Below, piece after piece: positions 24,225 to 37,643 of a stretch of DNA of 64,000 bases. Source of the stretch: Ophelia neglecta. Its lineage: Eukaryota. The DNA lies in assembly GCA_965285935.1 (NCBI GenBank), contig OZ260666.1, positions 67,456,001 to 67,520,000 on the forward strand. The letters are read 5' to 3'. Made by a program: the position numbers and the translations under genes. Position 1 is the first letter of the stretch. Every line of letters starts with the position of its first letter. Under the pieces are notes generated by a model. That model did no database searches. It had not been told where the DNA came from and saw only the letters and a program-made list of their open reading frames with translations.

Positions 24225-27200
24225 GGGCGCCACCGTAAGTGCTACCTAGGTGTACCCCATGGATAGGAAAAAGGTTGAAATTCATCATGCTTTGGATCGT
24301 ATCATTTTTGTTTCATCACGGAGGTTACAGGTCCAGAGGCTATGCCAGATTCTCAGATTCCAGCATGCGAATTTCATGACTGGTTCCAGCAATCCATGTA
24401 AATAATAGTTCATTCCTTATGTGGTGTATGATATTTAAAAATTTGAAATAGCAAAACTCGACAAATTTTAGTTTGCATCTATCTAGACTTTGGTATTTTA
24501 GCGCCTAGGGGAAAAGAAAGCTTTCTTTGCTAATAGTACTTTCATATAAAATTACTGATGGTAGAATTTCCTATCAAAAAAAGTAAATTTGGTGCAGCTC
24601 TAATTTGTTGGTTGGTGTTATTTCTAGCCAGGGATAATCCTGATAAATCTGATTGGAATGTATATCAGCTGTGTGTGCAATCACTGTCTTCTGCTCTCTG
24701 GCCAGTCTAGGAGATGAGTGTTCCTGAGGGGGAGCAGGGTTAACTCCATCAACCCCTTGCTTCCTCCTAATTCACCCACTTTGCTAGTACAAAGTGCAGT
24801 AACTTGTGTTTGCTCTATTGAATAATGTGATTTGCCAGTCAAAAGATTTTGGCATGAAACGGTGAAATATGCTGCAAAGGCAAAACGGGAAGTCTTCCGA
24901 AGGATCTTTCACTGACTAAGAAGTCAAAAGAAACTTTTTTGTGCCAGAGAATATTGATGAAAATGTTACTCCGATCTTAATAGCATGTTATGAATGCTGA
25001 CTTTGATTATATCCCACATGCTTTTGAAAGGTATATCACTTGTTCAGTGTCCCTCAATAAACCAAATCATGATCAAATTAATACATGATCAGCTAATACC
25101 AAAAATAGTCATTATCTTAAATTACTACTACTACCTTCAGAAGCACTTTTGTAAGTTTGATACTATAGACATAATGTGTAGTGCTACTATGTAAAAGCTG
25201 AGGAGAACTCTAGTGTGAAATACTTTTCTCAAGGTACCTTGAGTGGGCTTGCTATTCTTCAGTCTTAATTGGTATAAATACAATGTATGTATATTCAAAA
25301 ATACTGTGATTATCTTATTCAGGTGTGTGTATAATATATACAATGCAAATAAGTTGCCTAAATTACTTAATAATTGTCAGCGATGTATCACGCTATATTG
25401 GAGCTTAGATTTTCAATAAATGTGTACAGAACTAGCCCTTGACAGGTAGTAGAGTTGAACTATTCCTTTTCACTTCTGGAATAGGTGTGGTCAGTGGAAT
25501 ATCATATCATTTTGAAATTTAAGATATGGGGTGCCATAACTTTAATGAGCATATAGGCTAGCAATTAAGAATTACCTGTTAGGGTTTTATTGAATATGTG
25601 TTTCGAATCAATTGTAAGGTTTATTTACATCTTAAAAAAATCATAAAAGATGATATCAAATGGTGTCTTTTATTGACAGAATCTGAAATGAGCTTGAATA
25701 TTTTATGCCAATTTAGATATTTTTTCAACATTTCACCACATAAGTACGAACATTTTTGCCTATGAATTATTTTTTTGAAGACTTACTTAAGAAGGTTTGC
25801 AAGATAAAACAACAGCTTTATATTTGCTCTATTCTATCAAAAATACTCCACTCATGATATAAAATATTATGTAATTGATCACTGACTAGTAGGTCTTTGA
25901 ATGCTTTGGTTCTTTTGTGAGCTTAGCTTAAAGAAGCCATAGTGTTTGTCAGCTTACTGCAACTACCACTTGGAAAAATAACGAGAGAAAATTTGAATTT
26001 CTCTGAAAAGTGCAACAGAAAGTGTGTCGTGATATTTGCCACCATTTGCCTCGGCGTAGAAACAAAAAGTGTATTGTAATATTAATTGTGTGCCAGTCTC
26101 CAGTGTGGAGGTAGGAAAATGTTTGAATTGCTTGTGGTGCCATAAACAGGATAGAATTGTAGCCAAAGGGGCCATTAATTCTGTTCAACACAAGACGAGT
26201 GTGATTTTCTGGTAGGTCCAATGAGTTTTAAGACATTCAGTTAGGTGAAAGTCGTTAAGTTTAAACTGCTGCTGAATGCTCAATAATACAAATTCCATGC
26301 TAATTCTTTACAGTTCAAAAACTATTTCCTTCAAAATGTTTTTGTTATTAATGTAGCTATTGAAATTTATAGTTCAGTGTGTGAGCAGTTCTTTCGGGAC
26401 AGTTCCTGGAAGATTTTGATTTCTTGTATATACTTGTAAATCTGATTCACAAAACACTGCAATCAATATTTGATTTGAAAAAAAAGATAAATAAACGTTG
26501 GAACTTATTTATTGTAATGCACATCCCATTATGAACACTGAGCATGCACTTTGTTATAAAAATGCACTTGCTAATAACAGTACATACTATATTCTCTGAA
26601 ATAAGCACCCAAGACATTTTATGAATAGGATACCCAAGATTACTTAAAAAAAAACCCAAAAACGTAGCAAAAAAGGCCAAAATGGAAAGATTTTTTCACA
26701 AAAAAGAATGGTGGACGCTTAATAAGTCATGGGTGCTTATTAGAAAGGATATGGGCGTGTGATGAACATAATATATGTTATGGGATTCACAATACCAATG
26801 GGATTAAATTAATACTTGTTTATTCTGTGTGATATTGTAATTTTATGATTTGAATTACATGTAGATACTTGCATGAAAAATTAGCTTTGGATTTAAACTC
26901 TTCACAGGTTAATTTTTATTGATTTGCATTGGAAGAAAGCAGTTCCTGATAATATTCAAGACATGAAAGTTTGATATGTAGTGTCATTTAATTTGATGAG
27001 GTATGATCATTTTGGTTTGTGACAGTTGCACCAGGTGTCAGTATTGTGTGTTGAGTGCATATAATATAAGTAGTATGATATGTTTTCATTGCAAAATGTA
27101 AGACAAAGAAAACATACAGGGGTTTGTGGGGTGACCCATTAATACCTTTGGCAACGTCCCATTTTCCTGCTGGGTCTCTTCACCATTTTGTTCCACAGTA

Positions 27201-29879
27201 TTTAAAACAACCAATGAGATAGAATGTAAAAAAGATAGGTTTAGAAGTACTATGGTGATGCAATATTGACCTTCAGACATATAGTCACATTATCAATGTC
27301 AATGTGCACAGGTTAGTATGTTCAATTTGCCTTTAAATCTATATGCACTTAATAGGAGTTGTGCAAGTTGTGTTGGATGTCACAAAGCTGTCTGAAGTGT
27401 GTCCGGTTTGCTTATGTTTACACATCTGTTGTAGAATTCACCAACTGGTGGTAAATTAAGAGTTATAAGGTTGGAATAGTCTCACATTAGATTTTGGAAA
27501 CCGTATATCAGAAAAGTTTGAACGTATGAGAAGCAGAAATGTGTCACAAGCATAAAAGTGTGTCCTGCAAGCTTACACGTGTGTCACCTTTTACTAGAAG
27601 TGTGTCACATTTACTTGAGCCCGTATGCCATGGTCAGGGGTACCGCAGAAACTTGATAACCATAAGCCCCATGGGGTTAGTAGTTATTTTAAGTTCTGCA
27701 CATACCGTGTTGTCATCCCAACACCAAAAAATAATTAATTTATATTGGTTGATAAACTTATGGATACCAAGGCAAAGCGTACCAGCTGGTGTACTAAGAA
27801 GTGGGTCATACAGTGTTATGGTGTGGTACTTGCACTTTAAGGTTTGTCACATTTATGTAGCAGTGTGTCAGTTTGGAGCAAATGTGTCACAATGCTTGGC
27901 AGCCATGTTGTCTTACCCTGGTACTCTGCCTTATGTTTCTACTACAGTCATGTGTGCAGTAGTGAGCTTTAACATTGTTTAATAGAATTGTGGTACAATA
28001 TGCCCAAAGATCACATCAAGATTATTTAGTTTTTTCCTACAACCTTCATGCAACCACACATGAAGAAATAGAGGATAAATTATTATATTTGCATTTATTC
28101 CCATCTAGCAAAGTTTTCTATTCAACCCGTTTCTTAGTTTTCCTTGTTTCCCATTGTTTTGAGAAATATTGATCTGCTACCACCAATAATTGTTGTTTGG
28201 TTAGTAGGACAGAATGCTAAACTATTGATATCTGGAAATCAAGCCAGGGTTTCATATTTCTTTGAAGGTGTAGCATCTGTGTTTGAAATTACAGGTTCAA
28301 GATTTAATAGTATTCCTGAATTTATTCAAGACACTATTGTCATATTTATATATATCAAAGTGATGAACTAGATCAGGCTATTTAATTTAGCATGTATATA
28401 TTTTTTATTGGGTGCTTTTAATGTGTTTTTTTTTTTTGCATTTTCTGTTATCTAAATTTAATTTCAATAGATCCAAGCTGTTTATGAAATACAATCGATT
28501 TCAAAGTAGGATTTCAAAAATGTCCTCTTTCCGCATTGTCCAAAATGTGACATCCGATACCCAGAAAAAGAGTGAACATTGAAACTATTCGTTCTTGGCA
28601 ATTTATACAATATTAGTAGGCATTCTTATTTTATTGTAAATGTGTTCTTGCGTTTTGTTTTCAATTGTTAAGGAACTCTTAAGGTGTGCATGTCGACCAT
28701 GTAATTATTAGGTAAAAATGTGATAGGCACTAACAGTGTACTTGCTCATTTAAGTCATTCCATGTTAAAAATTCATCTACTGCGTGCAAGAGCTTAAAAT
28801 TTGAGCATCTCGGTCGGGATGGCTTCATGTTCCTGCTTAAAATATTGTGCTTTTTCTCAACTGTAATGTATAATGTACAAGGCAGATCTAGGTTTATTTG
28901 AAAGGGGGGGTGAGGGCCCTTTGAGAGGGCACACCTTCCAGACAATCTCTGCGGCAGTTGTTCAGAGATATTGTAGCGGAGTCTGGACCACCTTGCCCCC
29001 ACCCCAGAACACATGCCCAATTTCACCAGTGGATGTTGTTATGTTATTTTGTACTAAATAATTAACAATTGTAGCATTGCTCTGCCATCAACTCTCAATA
29101 CAATCTATTATATTTGTCAACTTTTGAATGTGCTTTAATATTGGACCTGAAAAGGGTCATCTATCACCAACGAAAAACATTGCACTTTTCAGTTTGAATA
29201 TTAGTGATGAAATACAGACTTGCTTTTAGCTTCTCTGTGTTTGCCTATCTGAGGAAGAGGAAGGAAGGGATTTGGAGGTATACTTCATAATGAAAGCCTG
29301 TTGTGTTTTAGCCTTTATGGATCATAGTAGTACTATATATTCTTGGTTATTATTGAAAGTAGTATCACACACGGTGTAATTAATGGTGTTCTATTGATTC
29401 AAGCATAGAGGTGTACAAAATGCATTGTATGTATTGAAAATGTAAAATTAAAACTTGTACATATGAAAAATGAAGTACTATCTTTTTTTTAGTGCAGGGC
29501 TAAAAAGAGAAATAAAACAGACTTTCTCCTCACTAACAACTCGCTAGAAATGGCCACTAGCCTCCTCGCCAAATGTGAATAAATAATGATATTGGCGAGG
29601 ACATTTTCTGACCAGGTTTCCTTAATCGTTGCTACGTGGCGACTACAAGATTCAGTTATAATTTTTTTCACTTTTAATAAGAATTATGTCCCCCTCCCAA
29701 ATAGCACAAGTATGTAGGCCCCATGTCATCAAATGTCGGCCCACCGTTTGTATAAGGTGGACAATATTGCTGTCGTCAGAGGGTCTACATGTTTATGTTG
29801 GCTCGATGTTGGAAAAGTTGGCAAGTTTGGCATTAGCAAAAGATCTGCAAATTAATGTTGGCACATTGTTGGTAAAAGA

Positions 29880-30270
29880 AATATGAACCCTGTCAAACAG
29901 CTGAGATATGGCCATTTTGAATTTTCAAGGTCATGGTGTGACCTTGATTTTCTACAGTAAGTCAACCTGATTATTTTGGACAAATGATTTTATAACTTGC
30001 TACATTCGTGCCAAATATTATGGAAATTGTGTAATAATCAGTCGAGATATAGCCATTTTTAATTTTCAAGGTCACGGTGTGAACTAGATTTAAAAAGTAG
30101 GTCAACCAAAAGTAATAAGTTAACGGCCTTGAGCCATTGTCCTATTCTAGGTTCCCACCAAATTTCATCGAAATCGGCTAAGTATTTCTTGCCATATCTT
30201 GCAGACAGATGCACAGACACAGACACACACACATGACAAAAACATAATCTTTGCTCCCTATGGTAAAAAA
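29880..30270 (-). mobile_element. Non-autonomous Helentron (HINE/DINE-1-like) fragment
   Basis: T-run terminus, (tctg/tg)n microsatellite, and ~141-bp core repeats (gccattttgaattttcaaggtca twice). Confidence 0.6.
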
Positions 30271-30519
30271 TACGTGTTAAGAATTGCCCAATTAAAAGTA
30301 AAATGTGATCAATATAAATAGTGGGCAGTTGAGCACCATGCCCAGTAGCCCATTTAATATAGAAGTTAACACAGTAACTAGTAGAATGAGATACACAGTG
30401 ACACTGTTTGAAATGGGGTTGGACCCAACTTATGTTATTTGCCCTGCCCTCTACTATTGGTATTTTAAATTGCATACTATATAAGAAAGATCGTCTGATA
30501 GTATGGTGCTATTTTAGTA

Positions 30520-30594
30520 CCTACACGCGCTTGTATTCGAATATAAGCGCACACTCCAAAATAAGCGCATGCGCCTATATGCGCGATAATACGG
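30520..30594 (-). mobile_element. Solo terminal fragment of the pogo/mariner-like MITE at 31837
   Basis: Reverse complement matches the left end ccgtatt..cgcgcatataggcgca..cgcttat; ends aatacgg|ta. Confidence 0.7.
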
Positions 30595-31836
30595 TAGGAA
30601 AAAAACGCCGCCAAGCGGTCGGTAGTGGAACTAGGCCTACTGCAGAAAAGCGTCTGTTATTGTGAGTAGTATCCATAGTAGTAGTATGTTTTGCGATCAA
30701 TAAAGCTCCCGAAAACACATATGAATATCAATTATATACTTATCTAGTAACAATGATGTAAAATAAATAACTACATTGCTCTGTTTGTTGCATAAATTTC
30801 TAAACAATACGGTTTCGGTCGCCGAGAAATACTGACCAGTTTGGGGGTCTGGGATAGTGATCGGTAAGCTCAAAGGTCGGGACCATTCATTGATTTTTCC
30901 TTGTATGCATAATCCAAGAATGTACCAGTTTACATTGATTGAATCAATGTAAGGCTAAATTGAATGTATTAAAATTCTTTTTAAGAATGGAATTAGAAGC
31001 ATATGCACAACTTTAATTTATATTAACCATTCAATTATCAAATAGAACATCTATAAGTTTTTATTCTATATTTAAAGTGCATTTCTGCACCAAACAAGAA
31101 TCTGCTGATCCGGGAGGGGGGCGGAGGGCACTCAGTATGGAATCTGGTACATATTTGCCACCCAGTCTTCAAATCACAGGCACAATCTCTACAATATAGC
31201 TCTGTGTGGTACAAATAGCCCTTTGGATTAATCAATTATTATTCATTCATTAGCTTATGTCTGTGATCAAATGGTGACAATTATAAGCAGCCATATATAT
31301 ATTTGTGTGTCAGTGTTAATGGACATCTTTTACAAAAAGATTATCCTTTTTGTATTGACAATATGTGTTGATCTTGGTTTTTTTTAAATCGACTTCAAAC
31401 TCCCATTTTCTATATTATAAAATATTGAACATGTCCTCATAACATGTCCTCATGACTAATATTTATATATATATTATTTAGAGCTGTGCTTAAACCAGAT
31501 GCTGTTGGGGAATTGGGAAAAAGTACCACATCACAACTTCATCAGGCGATCTAACCACTTCGCTTTGCTCACTATCCATCGGAAGTAAATAATGGCTGCT
31601 CCCTACAGAGCTTGCTGCATACCAAAGACTATCCCAGTCGTCGAAAATTTGAAAATAATATTTAAAAAAATAGTAGACCACAAACTTTCTCATATAGGCC
31701 TTATGTCTTAATATGCAATTATGGACAAAACGGAAGGCTTATACAATAAATATTTAGCCATAAACATATTAGGCGGGAAAATCCAAGGAGATCCAGGATA
31801 TCGGCACGTACCCTTATACTACTACTAAAAATATTA

Positions 31837-32282
31837 CCGTATTAACGCGCATATAGGCGCATTCGCTTATATTCGCGGGTGCGCTTATATTTGCACAATA
31901 ATTAAAAATTAAATAACACACAGGCATTCTTTATACTTTCAGAATAAATGCTTAACATAATGTTACCAACAATTCCGCTGTGCTATGCATGTGTACTATA
32001 TACTGAATATCCCTAAGATCTGGGAGCACCCCCCCCCCCTCCCTGAATAATGAGGCTAATCTTCTGGAATTTCATGTACCGTAACGTTAATTCCTTCCGT
32101 AGTCAGTGTCCAGCTGTGTATAGTGTATAGCATATATGCATTTAGTGCAAAGTGCACGTGTCATTCGAATATAGTCGCATGGTGGGCCTATGTTAGCATA
32201 CAGGCGCATGCGCTTATACGCGGGACAAACGTATTTTTAGCGACATGAAAAAAGCGAAAAGCTTATATGCGCATTAATACGG
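31837..32282. mobile_element. Tc1/mariner-pogo-type MITE, 446 bp
   Basis: TIRs ccgtattaacgcgcatataggc / gcttatatgcgcattaatacgg (20/22 match), TA on both sides. Confidence 0.85.
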
Positions 32283-32439
32283 TACAGGGATTTTGGATAA
32301 AGTTCTGCATATACTACTAGATGCATGTAATCATCCCTTCAGGCATTTGTCCAATAGATTATTGCACCTTACATTAGAATAAAGATATAGAAAAAATACC
32401 ACGCTTGAATTCTCGCTGATTAGTTGAGTTTGTCATGAT

Positions 32440-32646
32440 CAGTATTTGGTGTACCCACGGTTTCAGCGCGAAAAAAACAGTTTGACAGTTCACCGGAAGC
32501 CCCTCCTCAGAAAACCGGATATTTCTGCTACTTTCAAGCAACTGAGCATGTGCATAATAATGTAGCTTCCTGGCTGATGACTTCCAGCTGAGCCTGTCAG
32601 AGAACGTAGCTCTCTGTGGATAAACACAACATATAGCGTTGCAATA
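32440..32646 (+). promoter_or_regulatory. Putative promoter/5'UTR of the SIM-RING-PARP gene
   Basis: E2F site gcgcgaaaa (32466), Ets cores ccggaag (32493) and ccggat, NRF1-like tgagcatgtgca (32543), local CpG enrichment, then Kozak ataATGG. Confidence 0.55.
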
Positions 32647-32674
32647 ATGGATACAATTGTCCTCGAATCGGACG
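32647..32674 (+). CDS. Putative first coding exon of the SIM-RING-PARP gene (MDTIVLESD)
   Basis: Strong Kozak context; donor G|gtaaga in phase 1 matches the acceptor at 53631; the joined peptide MDTIVLESDDDDIIILGE is coherent. Confidence 0.65.
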
Positions 32675-33418
32675 GTAAGATTCTCATTCATCCTTCTCCT
32701 TGACTGTCTTTTCTGTTTATTGCATTAAAGTGAAAAAAATCAATTGTATTCACCGCTAAATCCCACAACTTGGCGCATTAAAAATAGGCACTTGTTTATG
32801 TTTTGGACCTGTACGAAAAAATCAGAAGAACGACAAGTGTTAATGTACATAACTTTACCCAATTGTCACTCCTGAAAAAAGTCAGTTTCATGGTTAACTT
32901 CAAATTGAAGAAAATAATGGTGGATATTATGCCCGTTTGCCATGAAGCTTAGTAGTGTATGACATTGCTTTATTTGCAAATGAGTTCTTTTTTGACATCA
33001 TTCGCATCCTAAAAATAAATTATATATTGTAGTAAAAACTGCCTAACATCAACGTTAAGCCTTTCATAAGATTACATATCCTATTTGGCACATGCCAGTG
33101 TTAAGGTGGCCGAGAGAAGGGTATGTTGGCTATAAATTGTGAGGTTTCCTGTTGTACACAGGTGGTGAGTCTGGATACTTGGTGTGTGTCTAGTAAATAA
33201 ACTATCAGACACAACACCTGCTGACACATCCTTGGGGAGTGAAAAACAGAAACACCCTACGTCAGCAACAGCGAATCAGGGAACAGCAGAAGAATAAGGG
33301 ATGATAGGGTTAGATTTGGTTTTTTCACTGCTGAATGCCTGGTCATTAATGTTGCCTAAAACTATCTGCACACCATCTGCCAATGTTGGGTCATCTCTGT
33401 TTTGTTTATACCATGCTT

Positions 33419-33651
33419 AGTGTGGGAATCCAAAGCAGATTAGCAGTACTTAAGTTGTAGACGGACCAGTGGAATAATTAAGTTTTACCTTCCCCATGAT
33501 CTACAATTCCTGATTTGCTAGAGTGGTAAACCTACAGTGTGGGAATTCCAGGCCCAAGGACAGTACTAAAGCTGTGACAGACCAGTGGAATAATTAAATT
33601 TTACCTGCCCCATGGTTTAAGATTCCTGATTTGGTACAGCCGCAAACCTAC
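33419..33651. repeat. Diverged 117-bp tandem duplication, 2 copies
   Basis: agtgtgggaat...gaccagtggaataattaa...aaacctac at 33419 and 33536. Confidence 0.8.
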
Positions 33652-34698
33652 GATATTTGGCAGGCAGCATAATTAGGGCTATTCCATTTTTGAACTGGGG
33701 GGGGGGGGGGCAGGATTTAAGAACCTTTTTGAAAAATATCATTTAGAGCATGTGTCTGATATGTACATTATGTTTTTTTCATATAACTTAGCAATATAAC
33801 TTGATCATTGAATCAACTTATGCTTCCCAGACAAACCAAGCCTGTCCATGATTGCAGCCTTTCAAAGTAGCATCATTACTTACAATTGGCAGACTGATTC
33901 TGCCTCATAAGCAGCGTACTAACTAATTACCTGTATTTATTTATGAATGGGGGATTTAGATCCAGTCTGCAAAAAAATACCTCAGTCTTTTTATACAAAA
34001 GTAAGTTTCAAAGGCTGATCTGATTGGTTGATTAGAGTCAAGCATGTTGAAGCTTATCAGTACAAAAGTTAAGCCCTGTTTAAATAATCAATGCTATGAT
34101 ATCCTGCTTCTATTGTATTCCATATTCATAAACCAGTGTTTATCCTCTAGAGCATGTTATGCTAAAAATGGAGTGTCTAGACAAGGGCATACAGATATAA
34201 ATGTTATAGAGAAAAGTTTGGGTAATTTCTGACTCCGAGAATAAATATATAGAACCTGACTTATTGCTAGGAGTCTCCTGGAAATCCAATTTCTGTCGAT
34301 ATGATTATCACAAATTTTTTTTTGATAGTTATTGATATTTCGAACTTTGCTAAGAAAAGTCAACAAACTGCAATAAAATTGTAGTTATGTATATATTTTT
34401 ATTATAACTGAATGACAGTAAGTATGGGAATGCCAAGTCATGGAACCAGCCTTAGCCTGCCTTGTGCACACTTAAAATAAAAAAAATATATAAAGAAAAA
34501 TAACGAAGTTTTGTAATATTCTCCAAAATGATATAGGTCCATGACTCTGATTGGCTGAGTATTCTCTAGGTTAACGTCCATGAGTCACACAATCTAACAA
34601 CACTTTGAAAGAACCAGCTGCTTGTACTTCACAAAGTTATGGTATAGTAAGACCAGTATATCTGCATTCTCAAGGTCAAGAGTCACAGGAGTGTTCCA

Positions 34699-35393
34699 TT
34701 TATTATATCCGCGAAATGCGGATAGATTTTAGTCGTTAACGCGATAATTCAAAAACTATTTCATACATCTTTTTAAAATTCAACACAGCCATAGACCTTA
34801 TTGAGAGGAGGAACTGATTAGATTCTGGTGAAAATCCAATAATTATTAATTAGTTACAACAATTAATTAATTACATCAGAAACGCATTTTCTGCAATAAC
34901 ACAAAAAATATGTGATACATCTTTTTCAAATTTTACACAGCGATAGAACTTATTGAGAGAAAGACCTGTATTTATTCTGGTGAATTTCTGATAATTATTA
35001 ATTAGTTGAAATAATTAATTAGTTATGTCAAGAACACATTTTCTATCAAATATTCCAAAGTATAGATGATATTGGCTTGAAGTTTTGTGTCATAATTCAT
35101 GTAATAACTATATACAATCTGTGTAAGAAGTTAACTAGTTAACTTTATTAATGACCTGAAAAAAATTTATTTAAGGTGGTTTTGCATTATTCTTGAGGTC
35201 ATATGGAACCAACTTTATTAATGACCTGCATTATTTTTGAGGTCATATAGAACCTACTACAATCTGTTTAATAAGTTAACTAGTACTGTGTAATAAGTTA
35301 ACTAGTTACCGGTAACTTTATTAATGACCTCAACAAAAATTAGTTAAGGTTGTTATCTTTTGTGCCAATTAAAAACTACCATATTCACTACCT
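34699..35393 (+). mobile_element. HINE/Helentron-like non-autonomous element with 152-bp core repeats
   Basis: 5' T-run and hairpin tatccgc-gaaat-gcggata, followed by tandem ~152-bp units (34766, 34918). Confidence 0.6.
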
Positions 35394-37076
35394 CGCCTCA
35401 TGCCATGTTCCCCATTCGATTATTGCACGCATTCGATGATTTATACCCCTTGCTGTCGGCCCCCAGACAGCGTTGGCCTAGATTATCAAAGGCCCCACCT
35501 GCAGTAGAAAATATTCTTTCTAATGGAATACTAGCTGCTGGTTACAGCAAGTAAATTATGTCAATCAACACTCTTCTAGGCCAAATATCAATATAAATAT
35601 GACAAATAGGCATTAGAGCCTTTTATCACTCAGAATATGCTGGTTACTTACTGGCTAGGCTGCTGGTCATATTCGGTTAATAAACAACTGTGTAGGCTTA
35701 TCTACATGTATGTTACTTTACATTTCTACTGCAGTATATTCTAAAATTCTTGTAAATGTGTTTCTCAGTCCAATGCATCTGATGTAGATGCACACACATA
35801 TTTTTTTGTGTTTAAATACTCCTGAACAGCTGACACTCTTTGTATATTTTACACGTGGCTTGTCTGTAACTTCACTTTTTTGGCATGAATTCTGCCACAT
35901 CAACACTTTAAGTATTTTATTTGTTTATTAAGAACTAAATGCAGGTACACGTAGGCTTGAATATTGATATAAAGTTGGTTTGTGTGATATCGCTACGCAC
36001 ATTGAGGAATTGGCAACGGTGATATATCGCTGTGGGTATCTATGACAGTCCTACTTACTGCCTTTAATAACCCTTTATATGAGTCAGACACCTGTGACTC
36101 TTAATCATGCAAGGTAAATAAATATTGAGTAAACATCTCTCTGAAAGGTCATTGCTATATACTGTAATGTGATCAAGGCTTTGTGTCATTGGCCAATCTT
36201 ATTAGAATGTTTCAAGGTGCAAATGTGGTTCTAGCTTTTCTTTACATTTCATCAGATTCAATCAACAACTTATTTACAGTGATGTATCTGTTGAAAATTC
36301 TTGGCGAGGCACCATTTATCATTTGGGGTGGGGCAGCTGGTGGGGGAAGGAGAAGAACAATGTTGGTGACCTTTTTATTTTTGCAAGGTGTTCGACCTGC
36401 TTTTTTGGGAGGCAAAAATACATAGGAGAGGGTGTCTGAGACCAACTATTTTCTCCAATTATTGAGTTGAGGTCTTGCCTGTTACTACATGTGCTAACTG
36501 AAAATATGTGATGATCAATCGGTTGTGTGTATCCTATGATTGATTATGAAGTTTGCACCAATTGACATCACTGCTGTCAAGTAGCCTGCCTAGTGAATAA
36601 TGGATTTTCAGTTAGAGCGCCATCTGGAGGGCGTTGCTGCGCAACCCGACAGGGTGGTGCAAACATTCGCTTCGGCCATACCAGATTAGCGTGAATGCAA
36701 TGCAGGTGCGGCTTGAAATCGATCGGAATTTAACACAGTTTTTAGTCAAGTAGGTATCATTTATTAAACTATTCTTGATATAATATGGTCAGATATCTTA
36801 TAGTCATGACATAACTTAGACCTGAGAGCCGTTTTGGCTTAAAAAACGGAGATTTCATGCGGATTTTATAGTAGCCGTTCGAAGGTAGCGCGGGCGATAT
36901 TATGGTATATTTCCATTACGTCGTGCCTAGCAATCAACCGGCGGTGTCGGCAAATGCTATTTCTTTGCTACAAAATTCAGTATTGTCCTTTTTATGATTA
37001 ATTGGCTATGACTTCACATTACCTCGCTTCTGAATGTATCCAAATAATATGATTTATTTATTTACAGTCGTCAGAA

Positions 37077-37259
37077 ATGGGCAACAAGCGATGTGCTCAT
37101 GGCACTTGTAACAGTGACAGCAGGTATGGCCCAGAGGGGAAGAGACCAAGACCAGATATGGTGGGAGTAAAGTTTATAGGGTCCCTACCATTTTGTAAAC
37201 CTTTTGTTGATGCAGCAAAATGCAGAGAATGGGTTAGACTATGCAACAGGAAAAATTGA
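37077..37259 (+). pseudogene. Truncated THAP-domain ORF (N-terminal half)
   Basis: MGNKRCAHGTCNSDSRY...F..KP...KCREWVRLCNR; lacks the terminal C/H ligands. Confidence 0.8.
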
Positions 37260-37322
37260 GACACTGTAAATTAATGCACTATACACTCTAAATGCTGTGG
37301 GACAAGTAGCCTTGGCTTTTTG

Positions 37323-37643
37323 TTAGGGATAGGCCATGTTTTCATCTCTCTGTATTTGTGCTTTCCGTGCTTTCTTTGTCACCAACCTTGCCTTGGTATT
37401 CTCTGACATATCAATGGCAGGGAGTGGGTTTGGGAAGTCAGAATGGGGCTTCCCTGTGTCGTCCAACTTGATGAAATGTTTGGTGCAGATAAATGTGTAC
37501 TGTGTCACCTCTTTCACAGTAAATTTTTTCCTGTTGCATAGTCTAACCCATTCTCTGCATTTTGCTTCATAAACAGAAGGTTTACAGAATGAGATGAACT
37601 TTACTCCCACTAGGCCTATATCTGGTCTTGGTCTCTTCCCCTC
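37323..37643 (-). pseudogene. THAP-domain remnant (C-terminal half)
   Basis: KCREWVRLCNRK...YTFICTKHF...PNPLPA; the N-terminal CxxxxC is removed by a 67-bp deletion relative to the other arm. Confidence 0.8.

Noticed and set aside
31482-31555. AVLKPDAV peptide after a tttag, resembling the THAP C-terminal motif
   Set aside because: Too short, and no other THAP residues or element ends were found
33100-33310. tRNA A-box-like ggtggccgag suggesting a tRNA or SINE
   Set aside because: No B box, cloverleaf or TSD discernible
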